From an uncultured Bacilli bacterium (lineage in GTDB: Bacteria; Bacillota_I; Bacilli_A; RFN20; CAG-449), in the NCBI GenBank assembly GCA_947591215.1, contig CANQCZ010000002.1, positions 6,819 through 70,818 on the forward strand: a stretch of 64,000 bases of DNA, written 5' to 3'. Of the stretch, positions 1-9,496 are shown one piece after another (within the stretch, counting starts at the first letter, position 1; every line of letters starts with the position of its first letter). Made by a program: the position numbers and the translations under genes. The notes under the pieces were generated by a model. That model saw nothing but the letters and a program-made list of their open reading frames with translations. It was not told the DNA's origin and did not search any database.

Positions 1-30
1 CAAGCTTCTAACATCACTTTTAATTCTTGA

Positions 31-975
31 TTATACATTTTGTTTCTCCTCTAACGTTTCGTCAATTACTTTTAAAACATCGTGATATTGTTCTAATTTA
101 GAGAGACGACATCCTGAAGCTTGTAAATGCCCGCCACCACCAAATTGCAACGCGATTTTTTGTACATCATAGCCTTTAGAACGGAATTCGACGCGTACTT
201 CTCCTTCTTCTGATTCTGCAAAAAACACCCAAATCTGAGCCGTACCTGAAAGTGAATTTACTAAAGAAGCCGCAGTATTATAATCGATCTTTAAATCAGC
301 AATTGTTTTTTTGTCGAACACCATATATGTCGCACCACCCATGCTTCTACAATAATTCAAGTAAATAAAACCTTTAACCTTTAGAATCTTTTCATCGACT
401 GCATACAAAATATCGTAAAGTGGCTCAGGATTAAAACCACTTTCGAATAAATATGATGCCATCTTAAAAGTATTAGACGAGGTTGGAGCATATAAGAATC
501 GATTGGAATCAGTAACCATACCTAAATAAAGTGCTCTTGCAGTTTGTTCTTTCAGTTTAATTCCATTTTGATATAAAATCGAGGCCACGAGTTCACTGCA
601 TGACACACACGAGGTATCAACACAATCTATACAACCAAAATGTTCTTGCGGAACATGATGATCGATTTTAATTAATTCTTTCGCCATTGAAAAGCGTTGA
701 TCTTCTATTCGATTTTTAGTGCTGACATCTAACACTATCGCTAATGATGAAGCGATAGTTTCATCGCTCACTTCATCCATTTCACCTATTAATGGTATAA
801 ATTTTTTTAAACCACTTCCTAAAGCAAATACTTTTTTGTGAGGAAATTCTTGTAAAATCGCATTTTTTAAACCGATTTGTGATCCATAGCAATCCCCGTC
901 TGGAACGATATGACCAAAAATCGTAATCACATCATATTTACTAATCAAACTCCAAATTTCTTTTTTCATATTCAT
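31..975 (-). CDS. nrnA: DHH/DHHA1 family phosphoesterase; bifunctional oligoribonuclease / pAp phosphatase NrnA
   Basis: Translation shows a DHH motif (GHIVPDGDCYGS) and a C-terminal DHHA1 glycine motif (GGGGH); ATG start at 975. Confidence 0.8.
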   Translation of the reverse strand: MNMKKEIWSLISKYDVITIFGHIVPDGDCYGSQIGLKNAILQEFPHKKVFALGSGLKKFIPLIGEMDEVSDETIASSLAIVLDVSTKNRIEDQRFSMAKELIKIDHHVPQEHFGCIDCVDTSCVSCSELVASILYQNGIKLKEQTARALYLGMVTDSNRFLYAPTSSNTFKMASYLFESGFNPEPLYDILYAVDEKILKVKGFIYLNYCRSMGGATYMVFDKKTIADLKIDYNTAASLVNSLSGTAQIWVFFAESEEGEVRVEFRSKGYDVQKIALQFGGGGHLQASGCRLSKLEQYHDVLKVIDETLEEKQNV

Positions 976-993
976 TATCTTTCTTTATAAATT

Positions 994-1018
994 AAAAGCC
1001 TCTTTTAAAGGGGCTTTT
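994..1018 (-). terminator. Rho-independent terminator downstream of fba
   Basis: Hairpin AAAAGCC-loop-GGCTTTT with a flanking T-tract on the minus strand, immediately 3' of the fba stop. Confidence 0.4.
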
Positions 1019-1023
1019 ATAAC

Positions 1024-1878
1024 TTAAGCTTTATTTATTGAACCAAAGATCGCACATTTGGTTTTAACCACTTCGGCAATACCTTTTTTACCCGGACCGA
1101 TAACTTTACGTGGATCGTAAACTTTTTCGTCATTTTTTAAAACTTCTCTTACGATTTTAGTCCAAGCTTGCTGACATTCGGTATTGACATTAATCTTACA
1201 TGTTCCAAGAGAAATAGATCGTTTAATTTGATCTTCGGGAATTCCAGAACCGCCATGTAAGACAAGAGGAATACCAACTAATTTTCCGATTTCTTCCATC
1301 TCTTTAAAACCGAGTTTCGGTTCTCCATGATATGGTCCATGAACCGATCCAAGAGCCGGAGCCAAGCAATCAATTGATGTTTCTTTAACGAGTCTAACAC
1401 ATTCGCTCGGTATCGCATACATCGATTCGGCAACCACATTATCCTCTTGACCACCGACGCGACCAAGTTCCGCTTCAACCGAAACACCGCGAGCGTGAGC
1501 GTAAGCTACCACTTCTTTACATTGACGAATATTTTCTTCAAGTTCATAATGCGAGGCATCGATCATCACGGAAGTAAATCCGGCATCAATTGCCGCTTTA
1601 CAAACTTCGACCGAATCACCATGATCAACATGCAAAGCAACCGGAACGGTAATGTTATGGTCTTTAATCAATCCTTTAACTAATCCGACTACGGTATTCC
1701 ATCCTCCCATATATTTTGAAGCACCGGAAGTAACTCCTAAAATAACTGGACTATTAAGTTCTTGGCAAGTATCTAAAATTGCCGCGGTCCATTCTACATT
1801 ATTGATATTAAATTGCCCAACAGCATATTTTCCATCACGGGCCTTGTTCAACATTTCTTTCATGCTAACTAATGGCAT
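1024..1878 (-). CDS. fba: Class II fructose-1,6-bisphosphate aldolase
   Basis: N-terminus [13 protein letters not shown]...GQFNINN and HVDHG, LHGGSG motifs typical of class II FBA; GGAGG RBS upstream of ATG at 1878. Confidence 0.9.
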   Translation of the reverse strand: MPLVSMKEMLNKARDGKYAVGQFNINNVEWTAAILDTCQELNSPVILGVTSGASKYMGGWNTVVGLVKGLIKDHNITVPVALHVDHGDSVEVCKAAIDAGFTSVMIDASHYELEENIRQCKEVVAYAHARGVSVEAELGRVGGQEDNVVAESMYAIPSECVRLVKETSIDCLAPALGSVHGPYHGEPKLGFKEMEEIGKLVGIPLVLHGGSGIPEDQIKRSISLGTCKINVNTECQQAWTKIVREVLKNDEKVYDPRKVIGPGKKGIAEVVKTKCAIFGSINKA

Positions 1879-1946
1879 ATATTATCCTCCTCATTTCTTA
1901 GCGATATTATTATAGCATATAGTCTAAAAAATAACCACAACGAAGT

Positions 1947-1972
1947 ATAAAAAAGTCCCTAAATTAGGGACT
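1947..1972 (-). terminator. Rho-independent terminator downstream of rpoE
   Basis: Perfect hairpin AGTCCCTAA-TTAGGGACT followed by a T-run on the minus strand. Confidence 0.45.
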
Positions 1973-1994
1973 TGAAATTAAGAGTTAAATTCTT

Positions 1995-2402
1995 CTAATA
2001 TTCTTCATCATAATCTTCTTCTGAATCATGATTACGATCTTCTTCGTCTTCTGCTTCTTCATCAGAATCTAAATCTTCATCGTAATCTTTTTCTCTATCT
2101 TCATCTTCAGATTCTAGATCTTCGTCAGCTTCTTCCTCTACATCGCGATAAACATCATTCATATCGATGTGAACTTTTTCGAAAACATAACGTTCACGAA
2201 GATCCCAAGTGTTTTCGCCAAGAGTAATAAACCGACCATCAAGGCTCAAGTTAGTGTAAAATTTTCCAATTTTTGCATTGGCTTCTTCTTCGCTAAAACC
2301 TTGAATTTGGCTTACTTCCTGCCATAACTTATTGAATTCGACAGGTGCTTTTTTCTTTAAAACAAGTTCATAGGCAATATCTAGATTTGATTTTTGTACC
2401 AT
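1995..2402 (-). CDS. rpoE: DNA-directed RNA polymerase delta subunit
   Basis: N-terminal HARE-HTH-like domain followed by an extremely acidic Asp/Glu-rich C-terminal tail. Start corrected to the ATG at 2402 (MVQKSNLD...), preceded by a GGGGGA RBS; the track's longer start overlaps argS. Confidence 0.75.
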   Translation of the reverse strand: MVQKSNLDIAYELVLKKKAPVEFNKLWQEVSQIQGFSEEEANAKIGKFYTNLSLDGRFITLGENTWDLRERYVFEKVHIDMNDVYRDVEEEADEDLESEDEDREKDYDEDLDSDEEAEDEEDRNHDSEEDYDEEY

Positions 2403-2415
2403 TGCTGTTGTCCCC

Positions 2416-4050
2416 CTACATTCTTTCAGGTGCCGTAACACCGATTAAATCTAGCGCGTTTTTCATAACAATCTCACTAGCTTTTGTGAGTGCTAAACGC
2501 GATGAAGTTAATTTAATATTACTGCGATTCAAAACACGACACTCCGTATAGAATTCATGAATTGCGGTCGCTAACTTCTGAATATAAATACTAATCTTGT
2601 AAGGCGCTCTTGTCAAGGCAGCTTGCAAAACTTCGCGTGGAAAATCGTTAAGGACTTTTAAAAGATTAAGTTCTTTCTCTTCTTTTAATTCTTTTCCATC
2701 TTCGTCTAATGGCAAATCTTTACCTTGATCAAGCAACGCGCATAAACGCGCATGCCCGTATTGAGCATAATAAACCGGATTAGAGGCTTCTGTCTTTTTG
2801 GCGAGATCCAAATCAAAATCTAAATGACTGGAAGCCGCACGTGCAACAAAGAAGTAACGTACTGAATCAACACCGACTTCTTCACATAATTCTTTCATCG
2901 AAACCGCATTGCCGGTTCTTTTTGACATTTTGTATTCTTTTCCATCTTTGAAAAGTCGCACCATTTGAATAAGTTCGATATCAAGAATATCCGGATCATA
3001 TCCAATCATCGCTAGCGACGATTTCATTCTTTCGATATAACCATGATGATCGGCCCCTAAGCAATCGATGAGTTTCGTAAAACCTCTTTCTAATTTATCT
3101 TGGTGATAGGCAATATCAGGTAAAAGATATGTATAAGATCCGTCAGATTTGACAATAACTCGATCCTTATCATCGCTAAAATCAGTCGTCTTTAAAAATT
3201 TAGCGTTATCTTGTTCATAAATATAAGGTTGGAGTTGCGATAAAACTTTTTCAATTCTCCCTTCGTTACGTATGCGAAGTTCAGAACTGAAAACATCGAA
3301 TTCAACTCGAAACATTCTTAAATCTTCACGCAATTTTTCTAATTCAAGCTCTGTACCACGTTTTTTAAGAAAATGTTTAAAATCTTCATACGGAGCCTTT
3401 AACATCGAATCGCCGATTTCTTGTTTGATTGTTTTTGCAATCATTTTAATGTCATCTGCATGATACCCATCGTCTGGAAAAGGTATGGAAAAATCATTGA
3501 AAGCCTCATGATAACGCACAAATAAACTTTTGGCCAAATTTTCAATTTGATTACCAGCATCATTCACGTAAAATTCTCGTGTTACATCGTAGCCGATTTT
3601 TTTATAAAGTCGGCAAATACTATCACCAATCGCCGCGCCTCTTGCATGACCCAAATGTAAGTCTCCGGTGGGATTAGCTGAAACATATTCAACATTTATT
3701 CTTTGATTTTGGCCATAGTTTGAAGATCCGTAATTTTCTTTTTCGTCAAAAATCCTTTTCAAAACTTTAGTAAGGCTTTCATTACGCATGAAAAAATTAA
3801 TAAATCCCGGCCCTGCAATCTCCACTTTTTCAATAGATTCTTCTTGAAGATTATCCTTTAAAGACAAAGCGATATCTCGGGGCGCTTTATGCAATTCTTT
3901 TGCCATTTGCATCGCGACGTTAGTAGCGTAATCACCGTGTTCTTTTTCTTTAGAACGTTCAATAACAATCCGTTCCAAAGCAAGTTCAACACCCATGTTT
4001 TTCAACGCTTTTTGGATCAACATTTTTAGTTTAATTTCGATATTTTCCAT
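2416..4050 (-). CDS. argS: Arginine--tRNA ligase
   Basis: Class I HIGH motif (HLGHARGAAIGD) and KMSK motif (KMSKRTG). The track start at 4071 is a TTG; the ATG at 4050 has a GGGTGGAG RBS and overlaps the stop of the upstream DUF1934 gene (ATGA). Confidence 0.9.
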   Translation of the reverse strand: MENIEIKLKMLIQKALKNMGVELALERIVIERSKEKEHGDYATNVAMQMAKELHKAPRDIALSLKDNLQEESIEKVEIAGPGFINFFMRNESLTKVLKRIFDEKENYGSSNYGQNQRINVEYVSANPTGDLHLGHARGAAIGDSICRLYKKIGYDVTREFYVNDAGNQIENLAKSLFVRYHEAFNDFSIPFPDDGYHADDIKMIAKTIKQEIGDSMLKAPYEDFKHFLKKRGTELELEKLREDLRMFRVEFDVFSSELRIRNEGRIEKVLSQLQPYIYEQDNAKFLKTTDFSDDKDRVIVKSDGSYTYLLPDIAYHQDKLERGFTKLIDCLGADHHGYIERMKSSLAMIGYDPDILDIELIQMVRLFKDGKEYKMSKRTGNAVSMKELCEEVGVDSVRYFFVARAASSHLDFDLDLAKKTEASNPVYYAQYGHARLCALLDQGKDLPLDEDGKELKEEKELNLLKVLNDFPREVLQAALTRAPYKISIYIQKLATAIHEFYTECRVLNRSNIKLTSSRLALTKASEIVMKNALDLIGVTAPERM

Positions 4051-4517
4051 CACTCCACCCTCTCTAGACAAACCTTATTTTCTTGCCATGTTTCACTATC
4101 AAGTTTTAATCGATAATGAAATTTATATTTGTCTTGTGCAATTTTTAACTCCATTAATTCAATGTAAATCGACTGAAGCTTATATCCTTGTAGACGATAT
4201 AGCATTCGTGATTCATTTTTACTTAACGATAGAAACAAAGACAATTCGTTTGATTTTTCAAACATTTCAAGATGATTATCAAATACACGAAGCGAAACTT
4301 CCAAGAGTCTATCATCAATTTCAAATTCAAATTCACGCTTGTTTAACTTAATGTCATGTGACTTTAAAAATCCTATATAGGTCATATTGTTTTCCGGTAA
4401 ATCTTTCACCGATAAAGTTAAACGCCATTTTTCCATATGATAATATCCCATTAGGATATTAAACAATTGTTTTTCTAATTTCAAGTCAATTTCGCATTGA
4501 TAATTTTTTTTAATCAA
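4050..4517 (-). CDS. DUF1934-family protein (conserved argS-upstream gene in Firmicutes)
   Basis: 155 aa; its position immediately upstream of and translationally coupled to argS matches the conserved DUF1934-argS arrangement in Bacilli. Confidence 0.5.
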   Translation of the reverse strand: MIKKNYQCEIDLKLEKQLFNILMGYYHMEKWRLTLSVKDLPENNMTYIGFLKSHDIKLNKREFEFEIDDRLLEVSLRVFDNHLEMFEKSNELSLFLSLSKNESRMLYRLQGYKLQSIYIELMELKIAQDKYKFHYRLKLDSETWQENKVCLERVE

Positions 4518-4577
4518 TCACAATTCTAAATGAATGTTTTTTATAATTTTTCTCAAAATATATTTGAGGCGATTAAA

Positions 4578-6428
4578 ATGAAAAAATTTCTATTATATTT
4601 AAGTTTAATAGTACTTATTCTTTTAAGTGGCTTCAATCTTGCACTCATCGTTTCTCCAGAAATACGAATCTCCCATCCGTTAGAAGAGAAAATTTATAAC
4701 GCTCAAGAAGAATTAATATACTCCAAAGTTCACGGAGAGTTCGGAACTTACGTTCCACTTGAAAAAATTGCCGATAGTCTTAAAGAAACAATCATTGCCA
4801 TCGAAGATCGAGAATTTTATTCTCATAAAGGCATCAATCTCAAAAGAATCGTTTCAAGCATGTTTTCAAATATTCAAAGTGGCGAAATCGTTGCCGGTGG
4901 TTCCACTATTACGCAACAATTAGCACGCACACTTTTTCTCGACAATTCAAAAACTTATGACCGTAAGTTAAAAGAGATCTTTTTAGCTAAAAAGATCGAA
5001 CGATCCTATTCAAAAGATAAAATCTTAGAGCTTTATTTAAACAGTGTTTATTTTGGTCACAACTTATATGGTATCGATAGCGCAGCACACTTTTATTTTA
5101 ATAAGAATCCCTTGGAATTAAGTTATGGTGAAAGTGCGGGTTTGGTTGGAATTATTAACGCACCCGGGATATATTCCCCTTTCATCGACCTTGAAGCATT
5201 TAAAGAAAAGCAAAAAAGTATTCTTTATACTTTATATGAATTAAATATTATCAATGTTGAACAATATTATGAAGAATTATCCAAACCTTTAAACTTTTTA
5301 TTTCAAAAAAGGGAAGTAGAAAATGAGCAACTTCTTTATTATCAAGATGGAATTGACATCGAGCTTCAACAACTCGGTTATGATTCAGATTATTACAAAT
5401 ATCTCGGTCTTAACATTTCAACATATCTAGATTTAGATATTGAAAGAAAGATTTCTCAAATAATCGACGAAGAAAATATCGATACTTCAAAGCAAGAGAT
5501 AGCGATTGTGGTGATGGAACCAAATAGCGGCAAAGTATTGACTTTAATCGGAGGTGAAAATTATATCGAGTCACCTTTCAATCGCGCTTTAAGCAGTCGA
5601 CGGCAAATAGGTTCAACGGTCAAACCTCTTTTATATTATCTCGGTTTAGAAAACGGAATGACTCCTCTTTCATTAATGAGAAGCGAACCTGTTGAATTTT
5701 TTATTAAAGGTATCGGCAAATATGCTCCAACCAACGCAAATGATGTTTATGCTAATGCCGATATAACGATGATTGAAGCATTGGGAATGTCAGATAATAT
5801 TTACGCGACTAAAACAACTTTGTTAGTCGGTTCTAGTACACTGGCTTCTTTAATTAAAAGTTTTGGAATCGAAGTTTCAGACGTCAATCCGACAATCGGT
5901 CTTGGAAGCAACGTAATGTCCCCCTTGGAATTAACTGCAATTTATAATTGCTTTGCCTCAGAAGGTGTTTTTTATAAACCAACATTTATCGAAAAAATCA
6001 GTTTATCCAATGGGCGTGATCTTTATACAAGTAGTAATAAAGGTAAAAGATTACTTGCCAAAAGCGAAACAATAATTATGAATTATATGATGCGTGCTCC
6101 TTTTGATCGAGGCCTTATTTCTTACGCTTCGCCATCTTTGGTAAATTTTCAAACGACACATCGCTTTAGCGCTAAAACAGGATCGACCGAAAGTACTAAT
6201 TGGACCATCGGCTTTAATCCTTTATATACTATCGGTGTCTATGTAGGAACTGATACTAATGAATCGCTTCAAGATACTAAATTAGCGCGTAGACTATTTC
6301 AAAAAATCGCAAATAAATTGATGGAAGATAAAGAAGATATTTTCTTCGATACACCTTCATCGTTAAAAGCTTTTCATTTAAGAAATAAATATAATTCACG
6401 CTTATCTTTTACTTATTATAGTAAATAA
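4578..6428 (+). CDS. Class A penicillin-binding protein (glycosyltransferase + transpeptidase)
   Basis: GT51 motifs (EDREFYSHKGIN, GGSTITQQLAR); transpeptidase SxxK (STVKP), SDN and KTGS motifs; N-terminal signal-anchor. Start moved to the ATG at 4578 (MKKFLLYL), which has a GAGG RBS. Confidence 0.8.
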   Translation: MKKFLLYLSLIVLILLSGFNLALIVSPEIRISHPLEEKIYNAQEELIYSKVHGEFGTYVPLEKIADSLKETIIAIEDREFYSHKGINLKRIVSSMFSNIQSGEIVAGGSTITQQLARTLFLDNSKTYDRKLKEIFLAKKIERSYSKDKILELYLNSVYFGHNLYGIDSAAHFYFNKNPLELSYGESAGLVGIINAPGIYSPFIDLEAFKEKQKSILYTLYELNIINVEQYYEELSKPLNFLFQKREVENEQLLYYQDGIDIELQQLGYDSDYYKYLGLNISTYLDLDIERKISQIIDEENIDTSKQEIAIVVMEPNSGKVLTLIGGENYIESPFNRALSSRRQIGSTVKPLLYYLGLENGMTPLSLMRSEPVEFFIKGIGKYAPTNANDVYANADITMIEALGMSDNIYATKTTLLVGSSTLASLIKSFGIEVSDVNPTIGLGSNVMSPLELTAIYNCFASEGVFYKPTFIEKISLSNGRDLYTSSNKGKRLLAKSETIIMNYMMRAPFDRGLISYASPSLVNFQTTHRFSAKTGSTESTNWTIGFNPLYTIGVYVGTDTNESLQDTKLARRLFQKIANKLMEDKEDIFFDTPSSLKAFHLRNKYNSRLSFTYYSK

Positions 6429-6441
6429 ATCGCAATTAAAT

Positions 6442-6924
6442 TTATAAAACTTTCTTCAACAATACGATAGCACCAGCTTCTATCGCTTCATTCCTTCCTA
6501 GCATATCCATTTTTTCATTTGTCTGCGCTTTTATAGAAACATTATTTACATTTGTCTCTAACAATTTAGCGACTTGTTTGCGCATTTCAAGTATATATGG
6601 TGACAACTTTGGTTTTTCTAGTACGATTGTAATATCGATATTATTGATAATATATCCGTTTTCTTTAACAAGTCTCATCGCTTGTGAAACAAAAAGCGAA
6701 GAATCATAATCTTTATATTTATCGTCACTATCAGGAAAAAATGTTCCTAAGTCACCTAATGCCAATGCTCCGAAAAGCGCTTCGGTAACCGCATGTAAAA
6801 CAACATCCCCATCGCTATGAGCTTCAAGTCCTTTTTCAAAGGGAACCTTAATGCCGGCAATAATAAGTGGTTTACCACCACCTATTAATCTATGAATATC
6901 TCTTGATTGTCCTATGCGAAACAT
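6442..6924 (-). CDS. ispF: 2-C-methyl-D-erythritol 2,4-cyclodiphosphate synthase
   Basis: MFRIGQSRDIHRL...HSDGDVVLHA signature. The track start is TTG; the ATG at 6924 has an AGGAG RBS. Confidence 0.9.
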   Translation of the reverse strand: MFRIGQSRDIHRLIGGGKPLIIAGIKVPFEKGLEAHSDGDVVLHAVTEALFGALALGDLGTFFPDSDDKYKDYDSSLFVSQAMRLVKENGYIINNIDITIVLEKPKLSPYILEMRKQVAKLLETNVNNVSIKAQTNEKMDMLGRNEAIEAGAIVLLKKVL

Positions 6925-6936
6925 CGTCAATTCTCC

Positions 6937-8040
6937 TTAAACATTAAATCTGATCAGCATGCAATCCCCATCTTTAACCTCATAGGCTTTGCCTTCTGAT
7001 CTAATTTTGCCGGCTTCTTTAAGCGCTTTTTCACTTTTGTACTCAAAGATATCTTCGCAACTATATACTTCAGCTCGAATGAAACCTTTTTCAAAATCAG
7101 TGTGAATAAGTCCTGCGCATTGGGGAGCTTTCATTCCGTTTTTAAAAGTCCACGCTCGAACTTCATCTTCACCGACAGTGAAAAATGTTTTTAAATTCAA
7201 AAGATTATAAGCAACTTTCACTAATCGATCAAGGCCAGTGGTCTCAACACCGAGTTCTTTTAAATATTCCATTTTATCTTCTTCAGATAACTCTGTTAAC
7301 TGACTTTCAATCGCTGCTGAAATTGCTACTATTTCGGCTCCTTCACTTTCTGCTATCTGCTTTACCGCCTGATAATATTTATTATTTTCATAATTGCTAT
7401 AATCGTTTTCGGCAACATTAGCGACATATATCACCGGTTTTTTACTCAATAAATTATAATTTTTCACAATAAGTTCTTCTTCATCGTTGAAATTTATACT
7501 TCGAGCCGGTTTTCCTTGATTCAAAGTTTCTTTTAACAATGTCAAAACTTTACATTCTGCAACGGCCTCTTTTTCTTTAGTAGTATGCGCTTTAGTAAAG
7601 ACCTTCGCTAATCTTTTTTCGACGGTTTCAAGATCAGCCATAATTAATTCATAAGAAATAATTTCAATGTCCCTTTTCGGGTCTATCGTATTCTCAACAT
7701 GAATAATTTCATTGTCATCGAAGCAGCGAACGACATGGCATACTGCATCACACATTCTGATATGTGAGAGAAATTGATTACCTAAGCCTTCTCCTTTAGA
7801 AGCCCCTTTTACTAAACCCGCAATATCCGTAAATTCAAAAGTCGCCCGAATTGTTTTTTTCGGATGAAATAATTCTACCAATCGATCAACACGAGAATCT
7901 TTGACTTCAACAATACCCGAATTAGGATTGATGGTTGCAAATGGATAATTGGCCGCTTCTACGTGAGAATTGGTAATCGCATTAAATAATGTAGACTTGC
8001 CCACATTCGGTAAACCGATAATTCCTGCTTTCAATGCCAT
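6937..8040 (-). CDS. ychF: Ribosome-binding ATPase YchF (Obg-family)
   Basis: N-terminus MALKAGIIGLPNVGKSTLFNAIT (G1 motif) and a C-terminal TGS domain. Confidence 0.9.
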   Translation of the reverse strand: MALKAGIIGLPNVGKSTLFNAITNSHVEAANYPFATINPNSGIVEVKDSRVDRLVELFHPKKTIRATFEFTDIAGLVKGASKGEGLGNQFLSHIRMCDAVCHVVRCFDDNEIIHVENTIDPKRDIEIISYELIMADLETVEKRLAKVFTKAHTTKEKEAVAECKVLTLLKETLNQGKPARSINFNDEEELIVKNYNLLSKKPVIYVANVAENDYSNYENNKYYQAVKQIAESEGAEIVAISAAIESQLTELSEEDKMEYLKELGVETTGLDRLVKVAYNLLNLKTFFTVGEDEVRAWTFKNGMKAPQCAGLIHTDFEKGFIRAEVYSCEDIFEYKSEKALKEAGKIRSEGKAYEVKDGDCMLIRFNV

Positions 8041-8061
8041 AAAATTAACCTTCTTTCATTT

Positions 8062-8086
8062 AAAAAGAGCCGCTTAATGCGACTCT
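8062..8086 (-). terminator. Rho-independent terminator downstream of the cold-shock gene
   Basis: Hairpin AGAGCCGC-TTAA-TGCGACTCT (one mismatch) with a T-run on the minus strand. Confidence 0.35.
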
Positions 8087-8102
8087 TTAGAATTGCCTGC
8101 TG

Positions 8103-8300
8103 TTAAATTTTCTTAACGTTTGATGCTCTTAAGCCGCGTTCGGAATTTTCTAGATCAAACTCTACTTCCTCGCCAGCTTCAGCCGTTTTAAAGGAATCCA
8201 TCAACAATGATGAGTAGTGGAAAAAGACATCACGACCATCTTCAGCAGTAATAAAGCCGAAACCTTTTTCCTTATTGAACATTTTAACTTTGCCTTTCAT
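8103..8300 (-). CDS. csp: Cold-shock protein (CspA family)
   Basis: 65 aa; RNP1-like KGFGFI and the VFFHYSS cold-shock domain signature. Confidence 0.9.
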   Translation of the reverse strand: MKGKVKMFNKEKGFGFITAEDGRDVFFHYSSLLMDSFKTAEAGEEVEFDLENSERGLRASNVKKI

Positions 8301-8415
8301 TTACTGACCTAAATTAAACCTTTCTTTGCAAGTCAATTACTCGCTTTAATAAATATTAACATTCTTTTATTTGTATTTCTATAATAAAAAGAATTTTATA
8401 AAATCTTTTTTATCC

Positions 8416-9408
8416 TTAAAACTCTATATTGTTGACCTCAGGTTTAATTAAATCAACGTTTACTTTTTTATCAGCATATGCATTTTGATCCACAAAGGAA
8501 AACTCCCAATTTTTATTTATTTTAAATTCTATCGTTGTATCTTCAACACAATAATAAGTTGCTTTAACTATGACAACATAAAATCCGATTCCGTCTAAAT
8601 CAATTTTTTTTAATGATGAATGATATTCATTATCGTTTGAAAAATTCCACATTTCATCAGCAGTAAAATAAGAATCACTCATATTTGTAATTTTAGTTTT
8701 TAGGGCTTTTTCAAAGTTTTGCTTTACTTCATCTTCAAAAGTATCACGATCTTCAAAACTAAATTGCACTCCTTCGATGGATACATCTTTTACTTTAAAA
8801 GTGTAACTTTTATCTTTAGTAAATTTGGAATAATTGGCTTGCACTATCTCCTCAAAAGTAAATGAATTCTTATATTGTGCTTTACTTGTCACTGAAGAAT
8901 CAAATCCATAACCACTAGTCCATGATTTATTTATTTCTTGATCATCGGATCTATAGCTGATCGATTTAAGTTTTTTCACATAGTCAATAACGATTTGAGC
9001 GCTTTTAGATTCATCATCTAAAGAAGTTATAGTTACATATATTTTTTTACTGAAATCAGCTTTACATTTCAATGTAATGGTTTTCGATTCAATAGCAATT
9101 GAAGCCGTCAAAACATCAGAGCAATCGCTATTATCAAAATATTTTGCGGATACTTTGACTTGTTGATTCGTCGCGTTAGATGGTTGAATCGAATATTTAA
9201 ACGTTTTATCGACTGATCCATCCGGATTATTGACGGTATTTAAAAGTTTTAAAGTAATCCCTTTTTCGATATTTTGAATTTCAGAATCGATTAAAGAATC
9301 CGTCTCTTTAAATTTTTGATGATATTTTAAAACTTCATATGTACCTACACACAATAATAATGAGACAAATGAAACTGCAATTAATGCTTTATAAGTTTTT
9401 TTACGCAT
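8416..9408 (-). CDS. Secreted/lipoprotein of unknown function, probably in an operon with the two ABC genes
   Basis: N-terminal signal peptide with a possible lipobox (LLLCVGT); no recognisable catalytic motif; lies 88 nt downstream of the ABC pair. Confidence 0.4.
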   Translation of the reverse strand: MRKKTYKALIAVSFVSLLLCVGTYEVLKYHQKFKETDSLIDSEIQNIEKGITLKLLNTVNNPDGSVDKTFKYSIQPSNATNQQVKVSAKYFDNSDCSDVLTASIAIESKTITLKCKADFSKKIYVTITSLDDESKSAQIVIDYVKKLKSISYRSDDQEINKSWTSGYGFDSSVTSKAQYKNSFTFEEIVQANYSKFTKDKSYTFKVKDVSIEGVQFSFEDRDTFEDEVKQNFEKALKTKITNMSDSYFTADEMWNFSNDNEYHSSLKKIDLDGIGFYVVIVKATYYCVEDTTIEFKINKNWEFSFVDQNAYADKKVNVDLIKPEVNNIEF

Positions 9409-9496
9409 AACTTTTCTCCTTTCTTTTTATTAATGCGCCATAGTTTGAAAAATCGTATAAATTACAAAAGTATCACCTCCTTTTCTGAAAGTCCGT

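Noticed and set aside
1278-1915. Three ORFs (1278-1487 minus, 1447-1683 plus, 1652-1915 plus) inside or antisense to fba
   Set aside because: They are fully embedded in the strongly supported class II aldolase gene, have no RBS, and their translations are low-complexity; shadow ORFs of an AT-rich genome.
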